Shown here: positions 24,426 to 37,961 of the stretch, piece after piece
How positions within the stretch are numbered: position 1 is the first letter of the stretch
Layout of the letters: every line of letters starts with the position of its first letter
Assembly: GCA_024137785.1 (NCBI GenBank)
Contig: JAHRHZ010000009.1
Location: 19,345,199 to 19,409,198 of the forward strand
Direction: 5' to 3'
Length of the DNA stretch: 64,000 nt
DNA from: Ginglymostoma cirratum
Taxonomy: Eukaryota
Made by a program: the position numbers and the translations under genes
The notes under the pieces: generated by a model
Told to the model about the DNA's origin: nothing
Database searches by the model: none
What the model saw: only the letters and a program-made list of their open reading frames with translations

Positions 24426-25870
24426 TTGCAGCTTAGTTGCCCCTATAAACCCTATATATGTAGGTTCAAATCCAAAGTAATTGAACGTTAATAACATGAT
24501 GCCCAAGCAATGCTCTTTCCTTGAAAGAGTTTAGCCCTGAGTTCTTAGGCACTAAGAATTTTTCCAAGCTCAATACCAAAAATGGATGTTGGTCCATACG
24601 TCTTTTTCCAGAGTCACAGGAGTTGACATCTTTTTGAATACCTTTCTGTAGTGACTGTAATGAGGTCAGCCAGCTGGACATCATAAAATATGAGTCCCCT
24701 GATTGGGGCTGTTAAACTAGTCAAATCGGGGAACCCCGGCTGACAGGCAAAAAGAGGAGTGTCAGAAGTAAACAAGAATGTGACACAAGCCTCCATCACA
24801 GCAGCAAGGAGACATGGTCTTTTAAAGTGTAAATAGTGGGGATACCAAAATAATTAGCTAATTAATTAATTTGTTCATTCATTCTTGAAATATGACAGGT
24901 ATGGCATGATAGGTGATGTGTTGCTGCTGCAGCATATGGTAGATGCTGGACTCCAAGGTGATCCAGGGAGAATGCATTTGTAGTAAATGTTTGTAGCTTG
25001 ATAAATTTGTATCTGAATTGAGGAGATGGAGTCTGAACTACAGTCATTTTGTTGTGTAAGAGATGTGAAAAGATACCTGGACACTTTGCTCCATGAAGTT
25101 GTCATATCCCTCAAACTAGGTCATTCAAATTTAGTCTATGATCAGGGACAAGAGGGCGTGTATGCAATTGAGGCAGGATTAGAGATCAAAATAGTTGCTG
25201 TTAGAGGACCCTCAGTCCATGCATTTGTCCAACAGTTATGCGCGCGAGAGTGGGGACTGTAAGTAGGTTGAATGAACTGACCATAGTACCAAGGTACAAA
25301 GAGCATTTGAGCGGTGGGGAGGAAATAGGAACATAGCAATGGTCAGCACAATATAATTAGGGGAATAGACACCTTTCCAAAACTGCAGGAGATTATTTTC
25401 CCCTATCTGTCCTATCAGTCAATCCCCCATCCAGCAAGCAAACCTATTATCTGCCTGCAGTTATTAATGATTGCCCTTCACATTGTGCATAGATTAGTGT
25501 GTGGGAAATCTAATGCTTTCTTATAGCCTTCATGACATGCCCACTCATTTTCCTTCATTCTCCCCCAGCTATTTTCTCCCCTCCTCATATGATCTCTCCC
25601 AGCCCCTTACTGATGATAATTGATCTTTCCCTCCAACAACACTCCCACCTCTCTGCTCCAATGTTGGGTTGCAGCAACATGCCAAAGATTTAGGTCCCAG
25701 CTGTTCTCAAGAGTGAGCTAGCATAATTTCAATTTTGCCAGCCATCAGGTCTTGCCATTAAATTCAGAAACAGCTGAGGAGGAACCAGTTTTCTTCTTGT
25801 CACAATGCAAAAACAAAATTTGCATTCTATCCCTACTTTTCTGTAAATAATAGAGCAATTACCTCTACGT

Positions 25871-26562
25871 TATGCCTAAATGAAGGAACACCAACTCAAA
25901 CAATAACTTTACCTACCCAACACTGCATGAATTGACCACTAAATGACCTAAGTCCAACTTTACAAATAATGAAATTTGTTGAGCTGAAAATCAGCATGAA
26001 GAAAATCAAAGTTGCCTGTGTGAGAATTAGCTCTAAATTTCATTGATAACTTCAATATCCTATGGTTTCCTGAGTAAACTGAATTTGCAATGTATCTCAA
26101 AACAACTAGTTAAATAAAGAACAGACTTCTTGCAATATCCCTTGAATGAAAGGCAACACTTAATTTGTTTCCAAAGAACGAATTGGCCTTGATTTATTTA
26201 AGGAAAATATCCATGAACCGATATATTTTCTGAAAGTGTTTCTTTTGCAATCAATTTGAACATAACTTTTGTAGATGCAACCTTGTGGGAGGAGAAATTC
26301 ATGATATTTTTCTTTACCAAACCCTTATACATTACTGACTGAGTTTTATTTGGCTGAAGCAAATAGAAGGAAGACCTGGGTTGTATGCCCATGTTCATAT
26401 GGTCCTAAAGTCCAGAACAGAGATAATGAAAAGTCTGCATTACGCAGTCCACAGCAAAGTGATCGCACCCACGCTGGACCTCAATGAAAGATTCTCACAA
26501 AAATCTAGTAATTTCTAGTATATGCCTAAATGAAGGAACACCAACTCAAACAATAACTTTAC
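25871..26562 (+). repeat. Perfect 42-bp direct repeat, 650 bp apart
   Basis: TATGCCTAAATGAAGGAACACCAACTCAAACAATAACTTTAC at 25871-25912 and 26521-26562. Confidence 0.95.
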
Positions 26563-26744
26563 AAATAACTTTACAATAACAAAAATCTAGTATATTGCGG
26601 TATAGCTTTCCCATTTCCAAATGTTGATTTGAATATGACACCAGGTCTAGGGGCTCTCCAGATATATAATAGCCCCATGTCAGCAAGCAGTGTGAGTAGC
26701 AGCATTGAAGGATAATCATCAAAAGCAAAATAGGAAATAAATTA

Positions 26745-27305
26745 AGATAAAACATTGTGGAGCTGGATGAACACAGCNNNNNNNNNNNNNNNNNNNNNNN
26801 NNNNNNNNNNNNNNNNNNNNNNNNNNNNNNNNNNNNNNNNNNNNNNNNNNNNNNNNNNNNNNNNNNNNNNNNNNNNNNNNNNNNNNNNNNNNNNNNNNNN
26901 NNNNNNNNNNNNNNNNNNNNNNNNNNNNNNNNNNNNNNNNNNNNNNNNNNNNNNNNNNNNNNNNNNNNNNNNNNNNNNNNNNNNNNNNNNNNNNNNNNNN
27001 NNNNNNNNNNNNNNNNNNNNNNNNNNNNNNNNNNNNNNNNNNNNNNNNNNNNNNNNNNNNNNNNNNNNNNNNNNNNNNNNNNNNNNNNNNNNNNNNNNNN
27101 NNNNNNNNNNNNNNNNNNNNNNNNNNNNNNNNNNNNNNNNNNNNNNNNNNNNNNNNNNNNNNNNNNNNNNNNNNNNNTGACGTTTTGGGTCGAGACCCTA
27201 AACGTCAACTTTCCTGCTCCTCTGATGCTGCTTGGCCTGCTGTGTTCATCCAGCTCCACAATGTTTTATCTCAGATTCTCCAGCATTGGCAGTTCCTACT
27301 ATCTC
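26745..27305. mobile_element. PLE family A hairpin mini-insertion with 15-bp TSD, spanning an assembly gap
   Basis: TAGGAAATAAATTAA at 26731-26745 and 27306-27320. AGATAAAACATTGTGGAGCTGGATGAACACAGC is the exact reverse complement of the right arm. Confidence 0.85.
26778..27177. other. Assembly gap (400 N)
   Basis: Run of 400 N. Confidence 0.99.
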
Positions 27306-29324
27306 TAGGAAATAAATTAAACTGTTTACCTTTCACTTTTTGCAAATTTAACAGGAGGTGATCTAGAGTTTGGGGTACACACGTTAGAAACGGAAATATC
27401 ATACACATACTTAAAGAATGATAATCCCTAATATGTTACAAACAATAGAGCTGCTTTTCTGAAAGAGCTCCACATTTCTGGTAGGTGATTCTGATCAAAG
27501 TTCCTTCACTAATGCCAGCGTAATATAAATCTAACAGTTCTGACCATCAGAAAGATGTTCAGGGGAAATCAAATCACATGCCTTTTATCATGGTAGCAGC
27601 TAATTAATCTGTGGTTCAAATGTGCAGCAGCATATATAGCCATTTTGACAGCTCCTGTGAAAGAATCGGTAGGTAAGTATAAGGTTAGGATGTCAGGTGA
27701 GAACAGTTTCAAGATGCCGTGTCGGTAAGTCCCAAAGTCCCAAATGGATAAGATGACAGCAAATAGGGTGCCAGGTGGATAGGGTGCAAGGGCACAGAGG
27801 CAGGAGGTCGGGTGCCAGCTGAGTGATGGAGTGTTTAAGGTAGGTCGGGACAGGGGTTGTATATGGTTTCATGGAGAAGGAGGTGCCACGTCCAGCAAGG
27901 GTCTAGGGTGATAGTCATGTCCAGTAATAGATTTCTAGATAGAAAGAGACTGTCAGGTCCTATGGGCAAGAGATAGATGAAAAGTCCCAGGAGGCACCGA
28001 ATTGCTTGGTCTTGGAGGAAGTGGGTAACAGATCCTGGGATCAAAGGGAATGTCAGGTCCCTGGGGGGGACAAGATGGCATCAGGTTCTGGGATGGGGGT
28101 GAGGTCCGATGGGTCAGGGTGGGAGAGATGGAGGTGGGAACTAGTAAGGAGTCTCCTGAAAGTGTAGTTAGGAGTGTGTGTGGCAATTAGCAGTGGAGGA
28201 GAAAGTGTGTGCTATGAGTTTAATAGCTGTCAGAAGATAGACTGTGTATTTAATTGTTTAATGTTTCCTCGTTAACTATTAATAACCGCAGCAGAACACT
28301 CCAGGATTCCAATGTGCAGGGGAATTCCCCTTTTGGAATCTTCTATATCGTGGGTAATTCCCTCAGAATCTTGACACGCATCTCCCAGCTATGCTGCAGA
28401 AATAACTGGCCATTGGAAAATCTGGGTCTGTGGAACTTTAAATCAAATTAAAAGATAAAAGCACTCCACAAATATCAAATAAATTTTTCAGATCCAGGTT
28501 TTTAGCAATAATTATAAACATTATGTGCCATTAAATTCCTTACACCTGTTTGCATGGTGTAGAAATTCCAAAGTACACTGTATTTTATAGCAGTTTAAAT
28601 CATCGCATAAAGCAGAATTTTCATCAGTTCAGTGATTTCTGATTGAAATCAATTTGAGATGACTGCAACAACATGCCTTCTGGGGAAACTTGGAATCACC
28701 AACAGCAGCTTCGAGGATTTCTCTGTTTAACTGTGCATTTGTGAACGCCAAAAGTTGCAGTCAGTTTGAGAGGAATAATCACAGCTTTGATGCGACAAAA
28801 TACCAAACATGTTCAAGGGTTTTTTTGCATAAGACTAATCAATTCCGTTAAGATGTACAATTGAATCAAAATTTGGTTTAGATTTGTAGTCTGATGTCGG
28901 GTATGCTCACTGAGTGAACTAATGATGCTTGACAAAGTGCCATAAAAAATAATAAAACATAATATTCAAAGTCGCTCAGAAACTAATTCAGTACATGTTA
29001 TACATGCATATTGGTTTAATTGGTGTTTAAAATTTTGAATTTTTCTTTTTCACTATTAAACACTTTTTAATCTTTGGTTCAGCTTTGAGAGAATTACTTC
29101 CCTGAAATATCATGTCATTTGTACAAGTTTTCAGGGCAATATAGCTTAAAGTACCAGTCACACAGAAAGCATGGTAATTGCTTTACACCTCTGATTTTAG
29201 GCTGGAAGGTGGTCATTTTATGAAAACCTTTTTGTTTAATATTTTTAATTTTGTTCAGTATCAACAAAACAACAACTGAAGCATTTTACAAAAGAGGCAA
29301 ATGAAAGAATATCTTTTGTTTTCG

Positions 29325-29550
29325 CAAAGTGATAATTTAGAGTCTCAAATGCACTGCCTGGAGGTGAGGTGGAGGCAGGTTTAGTTGAGGCATTCAACGG
29401 GGAATTGGGTAATTATTCCAATAGAAACAATGTGCAGGGTTACAGGTAAAAAGGCAGGAGATTGGAACTAAGCTTAAATGGTTAGAGAGCTGGTGCATGC
29501 AGGATGGGCTGAATGGTCTCCATCTGTACCACAACAATTCTGTAATTCTG
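29325..29550 (+). mobile_element. CR1 LINE 3' end
   Basis: AATGCACTGCCTG..GGTGGAGGCAGGT..GAGGCATTCAA..GATGGGCTGAATGGTCTCC.TCTGT and (ATTCTGT) tail. Confidence 0.7.
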
Positions 29551-30299
29551 TATCCATACAGCTGAACAAATTTTCTCAAGAACAATATGCTCTTTAGAGG
29601 AACACTTTACGGTGCTGCACTTTTCCGTCGTCTGATTGTTTATCATAAATTGTCTAGAATGAAAATTTTATCATCATCAAACATAACATCAATCTTAAAG
29701 GAAAATCTATTTTCAACTCAATAAATACGTTTGCTTTAATGAGTGACAACAGTAAACCCACGCAAGGAATAGCAGAAATTGATATAAGTTTCCACGGGGA
29801 AGTTTATGTGAATAGATCCTGCACCAGTTTCAATTTTACAAGTCAAATGTGTGTTGAGGAGTTATATTCGTTATCCTCTAAGGGATGCAGAAGAACACAA
29901 TACGTAGACAACTGAGCTTTTATTAAAATATATACTGTAACTAGATTAGAATTGTCTTCATTTCAAGATGGGACTACATTATGTTTGTTGCATACATGCA
30001 GTTTGTCAGAGATGTTTACCAGGTCCCATCTATTACACCGACCAGGATTAAAACATGGTTTATTGTCGAATAAAGAGAATAGTACAAGTCTTCTCAGTTA
30101 AATCTCCATTAAATTAGCTTGATTCCCAGGGGAAGGGACACTGACTGACTAAATTATTTCAAAATGTCATTGCATTACCGGCCAAATATGTTCAAATACC
30201 TGCAAATCCCTAACAAAAGAATGGAAATATACTCAACCATACATCGAAGCTTGGAAGTTTCTTCAATTAAAATCTTAGATTGAAGCCCCTACTTAACAT

Positions 30300-30570
30300 T
30301 TTAAACTTTGTCAGCCTTGCAATATTCTGGGATCACTATACTCTTTAACTCAGTTCAAATTCCATTAAATATTTTCACCTCTCAACAGCATTCATATCTT
30401 TAGATGTTTCAGCTTTCAAACTTCCTCTGTAAACCTATTTGCCTCTCTTCCTACCATTAAGTGTCTCCACAGGTCCTGTCTTTTTGGTTAGTCTGACATC
30501 TTTACATATATAGTCCAATTTCAAATTCTGTTTGATAACATTCCTGTGAGATGCCTTGCTTTTGTTCAGA
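30300..30570 (+). mobile_element. L2 LINE 3' fragment
   Basis: CTGTTTGATAACATTCCTGTGAGATGCCTTG tail motif, related to 37020-37420. Confidence 0.45.
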
Positions 30571-32271
30571 AAGTGTTAAAAGGTCCCCATGCAGAAGTGA
30601 AAGTTCTTCTTGATGGAAGCCGAGCAAGAAAATGCCGTAAATTATTCAGTATTTATGACGCTTCCTTTTATTTTACAGGGAATGGATGTGCCTAAAAGTT
30701 GAATACGTTTTAAAGGACAGATGAGTCTGTTTACCATTCTAATCTATGTTAGACAGCAGTAGAGCAAACTCTAATATGCCTTAAGGTCAACTAATGGTAC
30801 AAAAGCAAAGATTTTCACGATTTTGTGCATAACCATTGTTTTGAGCTGTAACCCATTTAGCCATCAAGAAGAATCATGAGTCTATGTATCTGAAATAAAT
30901 TGGCTTTTATGATATGCCATTACTCATGAGTGCTCCGATAAAATTCATTAGTACCGTTTTGATGAAACAGGCTAATATCAGAAGGCTATAAGATCTGTGA
31001 ACATTGATGCAGAACACCGTCAGTGTATATAGATTGTAAAAGAGCACGTCATGTGCAATGATTGTTTATTGCCTCAGACTAAAATTTACTTTCAATCTAT
31101 CATGATACTTGTTTTGAGAATCTTAAGATATTAGGCTTCTGAGGTAGGTTGAAACATGTTTGGATACTGTGGCTGAGAAAATTCTAACACTGTTATCATC
31201 ATTTTCCTGCCTTTTTAAGAGCACTGAAGAAAGTCCATTAGATATCTCCAGAGTGTGAACTTCTGATGGCATCCCACAGGGTGAAAAGTTAACACTTCAG
31301 TGACATACAGCCATCTCAGTGAGCTAATCAGTCAGAAACAGCCTATACATGCATTAGATTAGAGACAAAACTCAGAGGCTCAGTTACCCCTCGTCCTGCA
31401 AACATCAGAGTTGGCAGATCAACAATAAGCAATATATGTGATTTGCACACTAAATGGGCTTTGTAGCTTTCAGATAACTGGCTTGTGGCTTAACTGTGCA
31501 TCACTGCACCTGGCACATTGCACAATGAATGCTTTTTGTTGCCTGAAGGTCATTTTTCTTCCCATCATTTCTTCTTTATCCATTATGTTTATAAGTTTAA
31601 TCACAGTGGGGACAATGGGAGTATTGGAATAGTCAGATAATAATGCACTTAGAAGGCTGTCAGTGTGTTGTCAAGTGAAGGAAGACAAAATGCAGACTGA
31701 TCAACAGAAAAGAATTGAGTAACCTAGTATTGTGGCTAATATTAGAATGTGGCACTTCTTAAAAATCTTCGCAGAAGGTACTTTTCAATGCAACGACATG
31801 CAAAGTGTTTCCTGCGAAGGCAGCAAAAATGCCAACAAGAGGCAATTACTTAAAAAGAGATGCATAATGTGAAGAAGAAAGAAAGCAGTCTAGGAGACCT
31901 GATAGACAATAAATTGAGGCTATCGCTATGAAACTTCATGGCAGTAGGTAAATCAAATCAGATAGCAGAATGCTATCAATATGTCAATAGCAAGCCAAAA
32001 TCATGAGTCAGTCATGGCACTTGATAAAACACGAGTACAATAACAAAAGCTTGTATGCATGGTTTGGGAAGTTTAATCAGATAGAAAACTTGACAATCTA
32101 CCAAAAAATGATATTTGCATCAGTGACTAAATATTGGTTGATGACGTTGATCTTTAAGATGTATACTAAAGGAAGAGAGATTGGTGGAGAGGTTTAGGGA
32201 CGGAATTCTAATTCTGGGGTAAAAGAATTTGGGGATACTCAAGAGACCAGAATTGTAGAGTCTCTAATTCA

Positions 32272-33205
32272 AGGAATGTGGAGCTGGAAAAGCTCAACAG
32301 GTTAGATAGCATCTGAGGAGCAGGTAACTCAATGTTTCGGGTCAGAACCCTTCTCCAGAACCGGGGAGCGTGAGAAAAGCCCAGAAATAAATAGAGGGAG
32401 GGGAATGGGGCTGGGGGGAAGGTAGGTGAGATGGGGATAGGTGGATGTAGTTAGGGAGTTATTGTGGTTGGTCAGCGGGAAGGGTGGAGTGGGTACGTGA
32501 ATGGGAAGATGGACATGTTGTGGGTAGAGAGATTTTGAAGCTGGTAGGGGGTTTTGTGGTTGGTCAGTGGGAAGAGTGGAGAGGATAGATGAGTCAGAAG
32601 ATGAATAGGGTGGGGAGAGGAGAGATTTTAAAGCTGGTGACGTCAATATTCGGACCATTGGGCAGTAAGCTCCCAAGGCAAAATATCAGGTGTTGTTCCT
32701 CCAGTTTGCATTTGGCCTCACTCTGACAGTGGAGCAAGCCAAGGATGGACATGTCACCAGAGGAATAGGAGGGGAAGTTAAATTGGCTGGCAACTGGAAG
32801 GTCAGGCTGGTTGGTGCATCCAGAGTGCAGATGCTCTGCAAACTTGAACCCGAGTCTGCGTTTGGTCTCCCCGATATAGAGGATATCACATCCAGAGCAA
32901 TAAATACAGTAGATGAGGTTAGATGAAGTGCAGGTGAATGTCTGCCAGATTTAGAAGGATTGTTTGGGGCCTTGGGCAAAAGTGAGAGGGGAGGTGTAGG
33001 GGCAGGTGCAGCACTTTGTGCAGTTGCAGGGAAAGGTGTGGTGGAGAAATTGGTGGGGAGTGCGGACCTGAAGAGAGAGTCGCAGAGTGAACAGCCCCTG
33101 CAGAAAGCAGGCAGGGGTGGGGAGGGAAATATCTTTTTGGTGGGGTCTGACTGCAGGTAGGAGAAATGTCAGAGGATGATGCGTTGTATTCGGAGGTTGG
33201 TAGGG
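32272..33205 (-). mobile_element. Penelope-like element 3' part (GIY-YIG plus decayed hammerhead)
   Basis: Minus strand FPCNCTKCCTCPYTS and NLIYCIYCSGCDILYIGETK (about 32860-32920). CTGGAGAAGGGTTCTGACCCGAAACATT at 32331-32358. Confidence 0.85.
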
Positions 33206-33209
33206 TTTT

Positions 33210-33850
33210 ATATCACATCCACCATGCACACGTATATCTGGAAGAGGATGCACATATTTGTATGCCTGTTCTACCAGAGGATTTTCAGGATTTTGTGAAG
33301 GCAGCACTGGTGATAACAACTCCAGTGATCTGAGGTCTCTGCAGTACATGGTCCATGTTTCTGTCGCATACAGGAGGGCTGCTCTGTAGACCATGAGCTT
33401 GGTGCTGAGTTAGAGATCACAGATTTCAAACACTTTATTCCCTGGGTGTCTGAAGGCTGAACTGGTACATTGGAGTCAACATTGCATTTCTTTATCAATG
33501 TCTGCTCGCACTGAGAGGAGGCTCCTGAGATATGGGAAATGGTCCACGATGTCCAGGGGATCACTGCAGATTTTACTGGTCAGGAAGTGGTGGCAATGTT
33601 GTGTGGCAAGAGGGGACTGGTTAAGAAGCTAATGGCAAGTATAATCATTCAGGTCCTTCCTTTGTCCACTCAAGAAGCCAGTTACACAGGTTTTGGAAAT
33701 AAAATTGATTTGGTGTTTCACGGGTGACCAGATTAGCGAAGTCCATCTTTCAGTGGTCTCAGAAATCACTGTCTCATTCCTTCTTACTGAAATCTCACAC
33801 TCACAGAGTGTGATTAAGGCCAACATGGAAGCAGCCAAACATTTGGTGCA
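33210..33850 (-). mobile_element. RTE-clade LINE fragment
   Basis: Minus strand VDHFPYLRSLLS..ADIDKE..RLQC.S.AF and KLMVYRAALLYATETWT.Y.RDL.SLE. Confidence 0.75.
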
Positions 33851-34877
33851 TTTCCAGAGTGGGAAAACTGACTTTGAAATTTTTAAGCACAACACTCAAT
33901 TTCTACTCAAGAAATCAGCAGGACACAAAACATTTTTTACTCATCAAGCTGTACCAGGATATCAGAAGTGCTTGCCTTTTAATTGCAGAAATCCTATGTT
34001 GCTGTAAATAATGGACGATTAATTCAGAATATATACAAATGAGATTACAGCTGGAAACACAGGCAGATGGTAATGAGCAGGTTAGTCCCACTGTGATTAT
34101 TTTAAATATTATTCAAGCAGCCTGATGAGTGACATCTTCATACAGATAAATCATGTTTATGCCAGCTTATTGCAATCGGTGTGCAAACTGCTTATGATAA
34201 GAGGAGCCCTGCAATAAAGTAGCATTAATGAATATGAAGCAATAAATTTATAATACTGCTTACCATCACCATCATTAGAGACTATTTTAGAAATCATTGT
34301 TTTACGTAAGAGGAGCATCATAGCTTTGTGATCTTCAAAATGCTGCTTTGGGACAGGACAATTATGTGTTGTCTTTTATTCAAGGTCACTCGGGCATGAC
34401 AGGTTAATGCTTTTTCCAGTCTGGGACCAATGTTCCAAATCTAGAGCAAAATGATGAGATGGAAGTGTCTTTCTCTGTCGGCTTGTGAAGATTGAGTGCA
34501 GAATGAGTTTAGGGGTGTGTCAGATGAGACTTAGTCTCACAGCACAGAGCAGTCCATACTTCACAGAAGTCATATATCAATCCAAGTAGGAAGGTGGAAA
34601 GGTGGCTTGTGCAGCAACATAACAGAACCATGAGGGAATAAAAACTGTGCTGTTAGGCAGCACTGTTAATATTATGTTTGAAGTTTAATAGCCTCACTCG
34701 GTATGGCTGCCGACTGCCAAAATGTGAATTTTTAAATAAAATATATTTGGTGTTGAATTAGTTGCAGTTTTTAATTTATAATGTTTATGTCTATTCTCAC
34801 CCTAGAGCTCATTGGCTCACTCCCATTCCAACGTCTCCAGTCACCTCCACCTTGTAAAATATCAGAGACTCTAAAAG

Positions 34878-35119
34878 GAGACAGAAAGGACTGCAGATGC
34901 TGGAAGCTAGAGTCAAAAAATGTGGAGCTGGAAATGCACAGCAGATCAGGCAGCATCCGAGGAGCAGGAAAGTCAATGTTTCAGGTCAGAACCCATCTCC
35001 AGGTCTGGGAAGGGTGAGGGAAGCCCAGAAATAAATAGAGGGAAGAAGTGGGGCTGTGGGAAGCGTAGGAGAGATGGCGATCGATGGATACAAGTAGGGG
35101 CTGTTGTGGTTGGTCAGTG
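34878..35119 (-). mobile_element. PLE family A-related 3' end
   Basis: GGACTGCAGATGCTGGA..GGCAGCATCCGAGGAGCAGGAAAGTCAATGTTTCAGGTCAGAACCC.TCTCCAG, then AGAAATAAATAGAGGG. Confidence 0.75.
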
Positions 35120-35246
35120 AAGTGATTTCACCCGATGAAGAAGCAGCACTCTGAAAGCTGGTGATTTCGAATAAGTCTGGAGAACTGTAACCTGATGACT
35201 GCAGACTTTGTCCACCCAAGTCCATCACCGGCACCTCCACATCATG
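35120..35246 (+). mobile_element. PLE family B 3' end with decayed hammerhead
   Basis: CCGATGAAGAAGCAGCACTCTGAAAGCTG...GACTTTGTCCACCCAAGTCCATCACCGGCACCTCCACATCAT, homologous to 13761-13912. Confidence 0.7.
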
Positions 35247-37019
35247 GTCATATCCAGCGCAAAGAAAAATCAACAGACATCCAGAATCAAACGCTGAATA
35301 ATTGGATACTGCATCCAGTCTTCAGCCCAGATTTTATTTCTTTTATGCTGAGTGGGGGAATCTTTAAAGCACTTAGTCTATTTGCAATTTGCAATGTTAA
35401 CACTTGATTGTTTTGAAGCAACAGGAGTATAGAAAGTGTAGGAGATTATTAAGAAAGTTAGTGCATGCCCAAAGGAGGTTTGTAAGTATATCAAGAAGAA
35501 GAGGTTAACCGAGAAAACAGTGGAGTACATTAGCAACAAAAGGGCAATCTGTGTATGGAGCCAAAGGTCATTGGTACTTTAGATCTGTCTTTAATTGTGG
35601 AAGGAAGGCGTACAGTCATTCTTCCAAATGCGTCCCCCTGTAAAAGTATATTCACATGATTCAGAAGCTAACTTCAAATATCACACAGTATCATTGTCAC
35701 ATATCTTTTGAGCATGCAGAGAATATACCAGAGCCTGTTTGATCATTTTAAATGATCTATTCCAAATAATGTTGCTGCACATGTTCTGGATTTTTTTTTG
35801 GTCCTTGTTCATGTATCATTTTTCATTAGGAATATCAGAAGGTTGCTTTGATCCTACGTTTTAATGAGAAAATTGAAAGACCCTTATGACTTCACCCACT
35901 TACATGTGAGTGCTCTCCAGTTATAATTCATTCCCTTTCATTCCTTTCAAATGATGGATGGTGCCTGACTTAAGGAGTTTAATTGATATATACAGATAAA
36001 AGCAAACTCGCACCAAATGGGTTATAAGTCCAACAGATGGAAATTTCTGAGTTTATTTTCAACCAAGAAGCTGACAAAATTTGCTTCAGTTTTTGCATGA
36101 AAACCATGTTACACCAGCTTGTCATTTCAAAGTGATTAAGGAGAAAGTAACATTCTTTTCATCTAACTTTGGTAAAACCATGTGCAAGTATCCAATATAT
36201 CATATTAAAATTAGTCAGCATTTAAGAAACTAATGAATGAAGCCATAAAGAAAGCATTGAAAATGCTTCATGTTTGACAAATGCAATGTAATTTTTCCTT
36301 CAAGAGTTGACTGTATTGATAAAGTGAGTGCAGTTGATGAAGCAGAGATAGATTTCCAGAAATGGTTTGATGAAGTGCCTGACAAGAGGCTTGTTAGAAA
36401 TGTACAGCCCTGTATTTTAATAGTAAATATAATAAGATAAAAAGCATGAGAGACAGAAAGCAAAGAGTTAAAATAAGTGAGCTTTGCAAGGTTCAATGTT
36501 AATAGTGTCCCTTTCTCTGGTCAAGAAGGTCCAGGTTTGAGTTCCACTCGATGATCATAGAGGATACATTCATAAGTGGACTAACAGGATTGATTGGCCT
36601 TCTAATATGCCCAATGACAGGTGGTAAGAGCAAGGGAGTTGCGTGGTCAATTGTCCTGCAGAGGGCACTTGCAAACCGTGACAACAATTTGATTACAAGA
36701 ATAAACAATCCAATGGAAGTCCTTAGCTAAAGCTGTGGAAATGAGGCTGGGACAAAAGGCGGGCAGAAAGATTCATGGTTGGTAATGGCTCAGTGCAAAG
36801 GTTAGAGTTAAGCCTATTATTGTTATCTGTTCGTATACCTTATCAAGATATGGACAAAACAGTAACTTCTTGGAATGAAATTAATTCATAGATGCCATTT
36901 CTCTGTTAATGCAGCTGGAGTGAAGTATACCATGATGAGATCATCCAGAACTCTGCTGCCTATTCCCTATTTTGCACCAACTCCCCCAACATGTGGACAC
37001 TGAACTATGCTGGCTCCCA

Positions 37020-37420
37020 GTCAAACAATATCTTGATTTTAAACTTTGTATTCAATTTTTCAATTCCTTCCAGGGTCTTGACCTCTGTTCAATGCCCTCC
37101 AATTGCACAATCCACCAAGTTCACTGTCCTCCTTTAATTCTGGTCTGATTGAGCATCCATGATTTTACTTGTTCCACTATTGACAGCATGTCTCCACTTG
37201 TCTCGGCCCCATGTTCTGGAATTCCCCTTCTTAATGTTTCCACCTCTTTACCTCACTCTCCTCCTTTGGAACATGTTTTAAGACCCACCATTTCTGCGAA
37301 GAATTTGATCATCTGACCTAATATCACGTCACGTGGGTCAGTCCCATATTTTATTTCAAAATGGTTCTGTTGAAACACTTTGGAACATTTATTTTGCAAA
37401 TATACCATAGAAATCTGTTA
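37020..37420 (+). mobile_element. L2 LINE 3' fragment
   Basis: CTTGATTTTAAA.TT.., CTGGAATTCCC.TTC, CTCCTTT..TTTAAGACC.ACC, GAAACACTTTGGAACATTT. Confidence 0.6.
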
Positions 37421-37961
37421 TTGGTGGTTGGACAATCAATATCCTGTTATTTATTGGAGAAGTACAGAGGGTGTATGCTTCTGGGGAGTCTCATGTGAAA
37501 ATCACGAATTCCGTTGTTAAGGATGACCATCAACAGAAAAGATTAACATTCCAGTGACTTGTCTTCTTGTATCTCCACTGCTAATGCAGGCACTGAAACT
37601 ACAGAGGTGTTGGATGAAAATGAAATAGATCTAATTGATTTTTCATTGCATTTTAATAGCTCATTAGCAAACAGACTCACTGTCTGCTTCTGCATTCCCT
37701 TCGCTGAAAGACCGTTGGCAGTAATTCCACCCAATTTATTTCTGGTGGATACAACCACAGCATATATCCTGCTTACAATGATAGCTTGTAAGAGTTTGTA
37801 ATGTAAGAACTCTAGCAAATTTGTCAAACATAATTTGCCTTTAACAAAACCACGTAGACTGTTTACATTAAACTTTTCTAAATGTCCTACCATTTTCTTT
37901 AAATAATGAAGTATAGCATTTTCCCAATGACAGATGTTAAACTAACAGACCTATAGCTTTC

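Noticed and set aside
24656-24785. LTR remnant (TGTAA..TGACA) possibly belonging to the split Gypsy
   Set aside because: Too short, with no TSD or PPT; a link to the pol fragment cannot be shown.
25871-26562. CRISPR-like or LTR-like repeat pair
   Set aside because: Only two copies, with no spacer array, TG..CA ends or PBS.
26546-27308. Long ORFs of 141-237 aa (likewise 37899-38590)
   Set aside because: They read through N runs.
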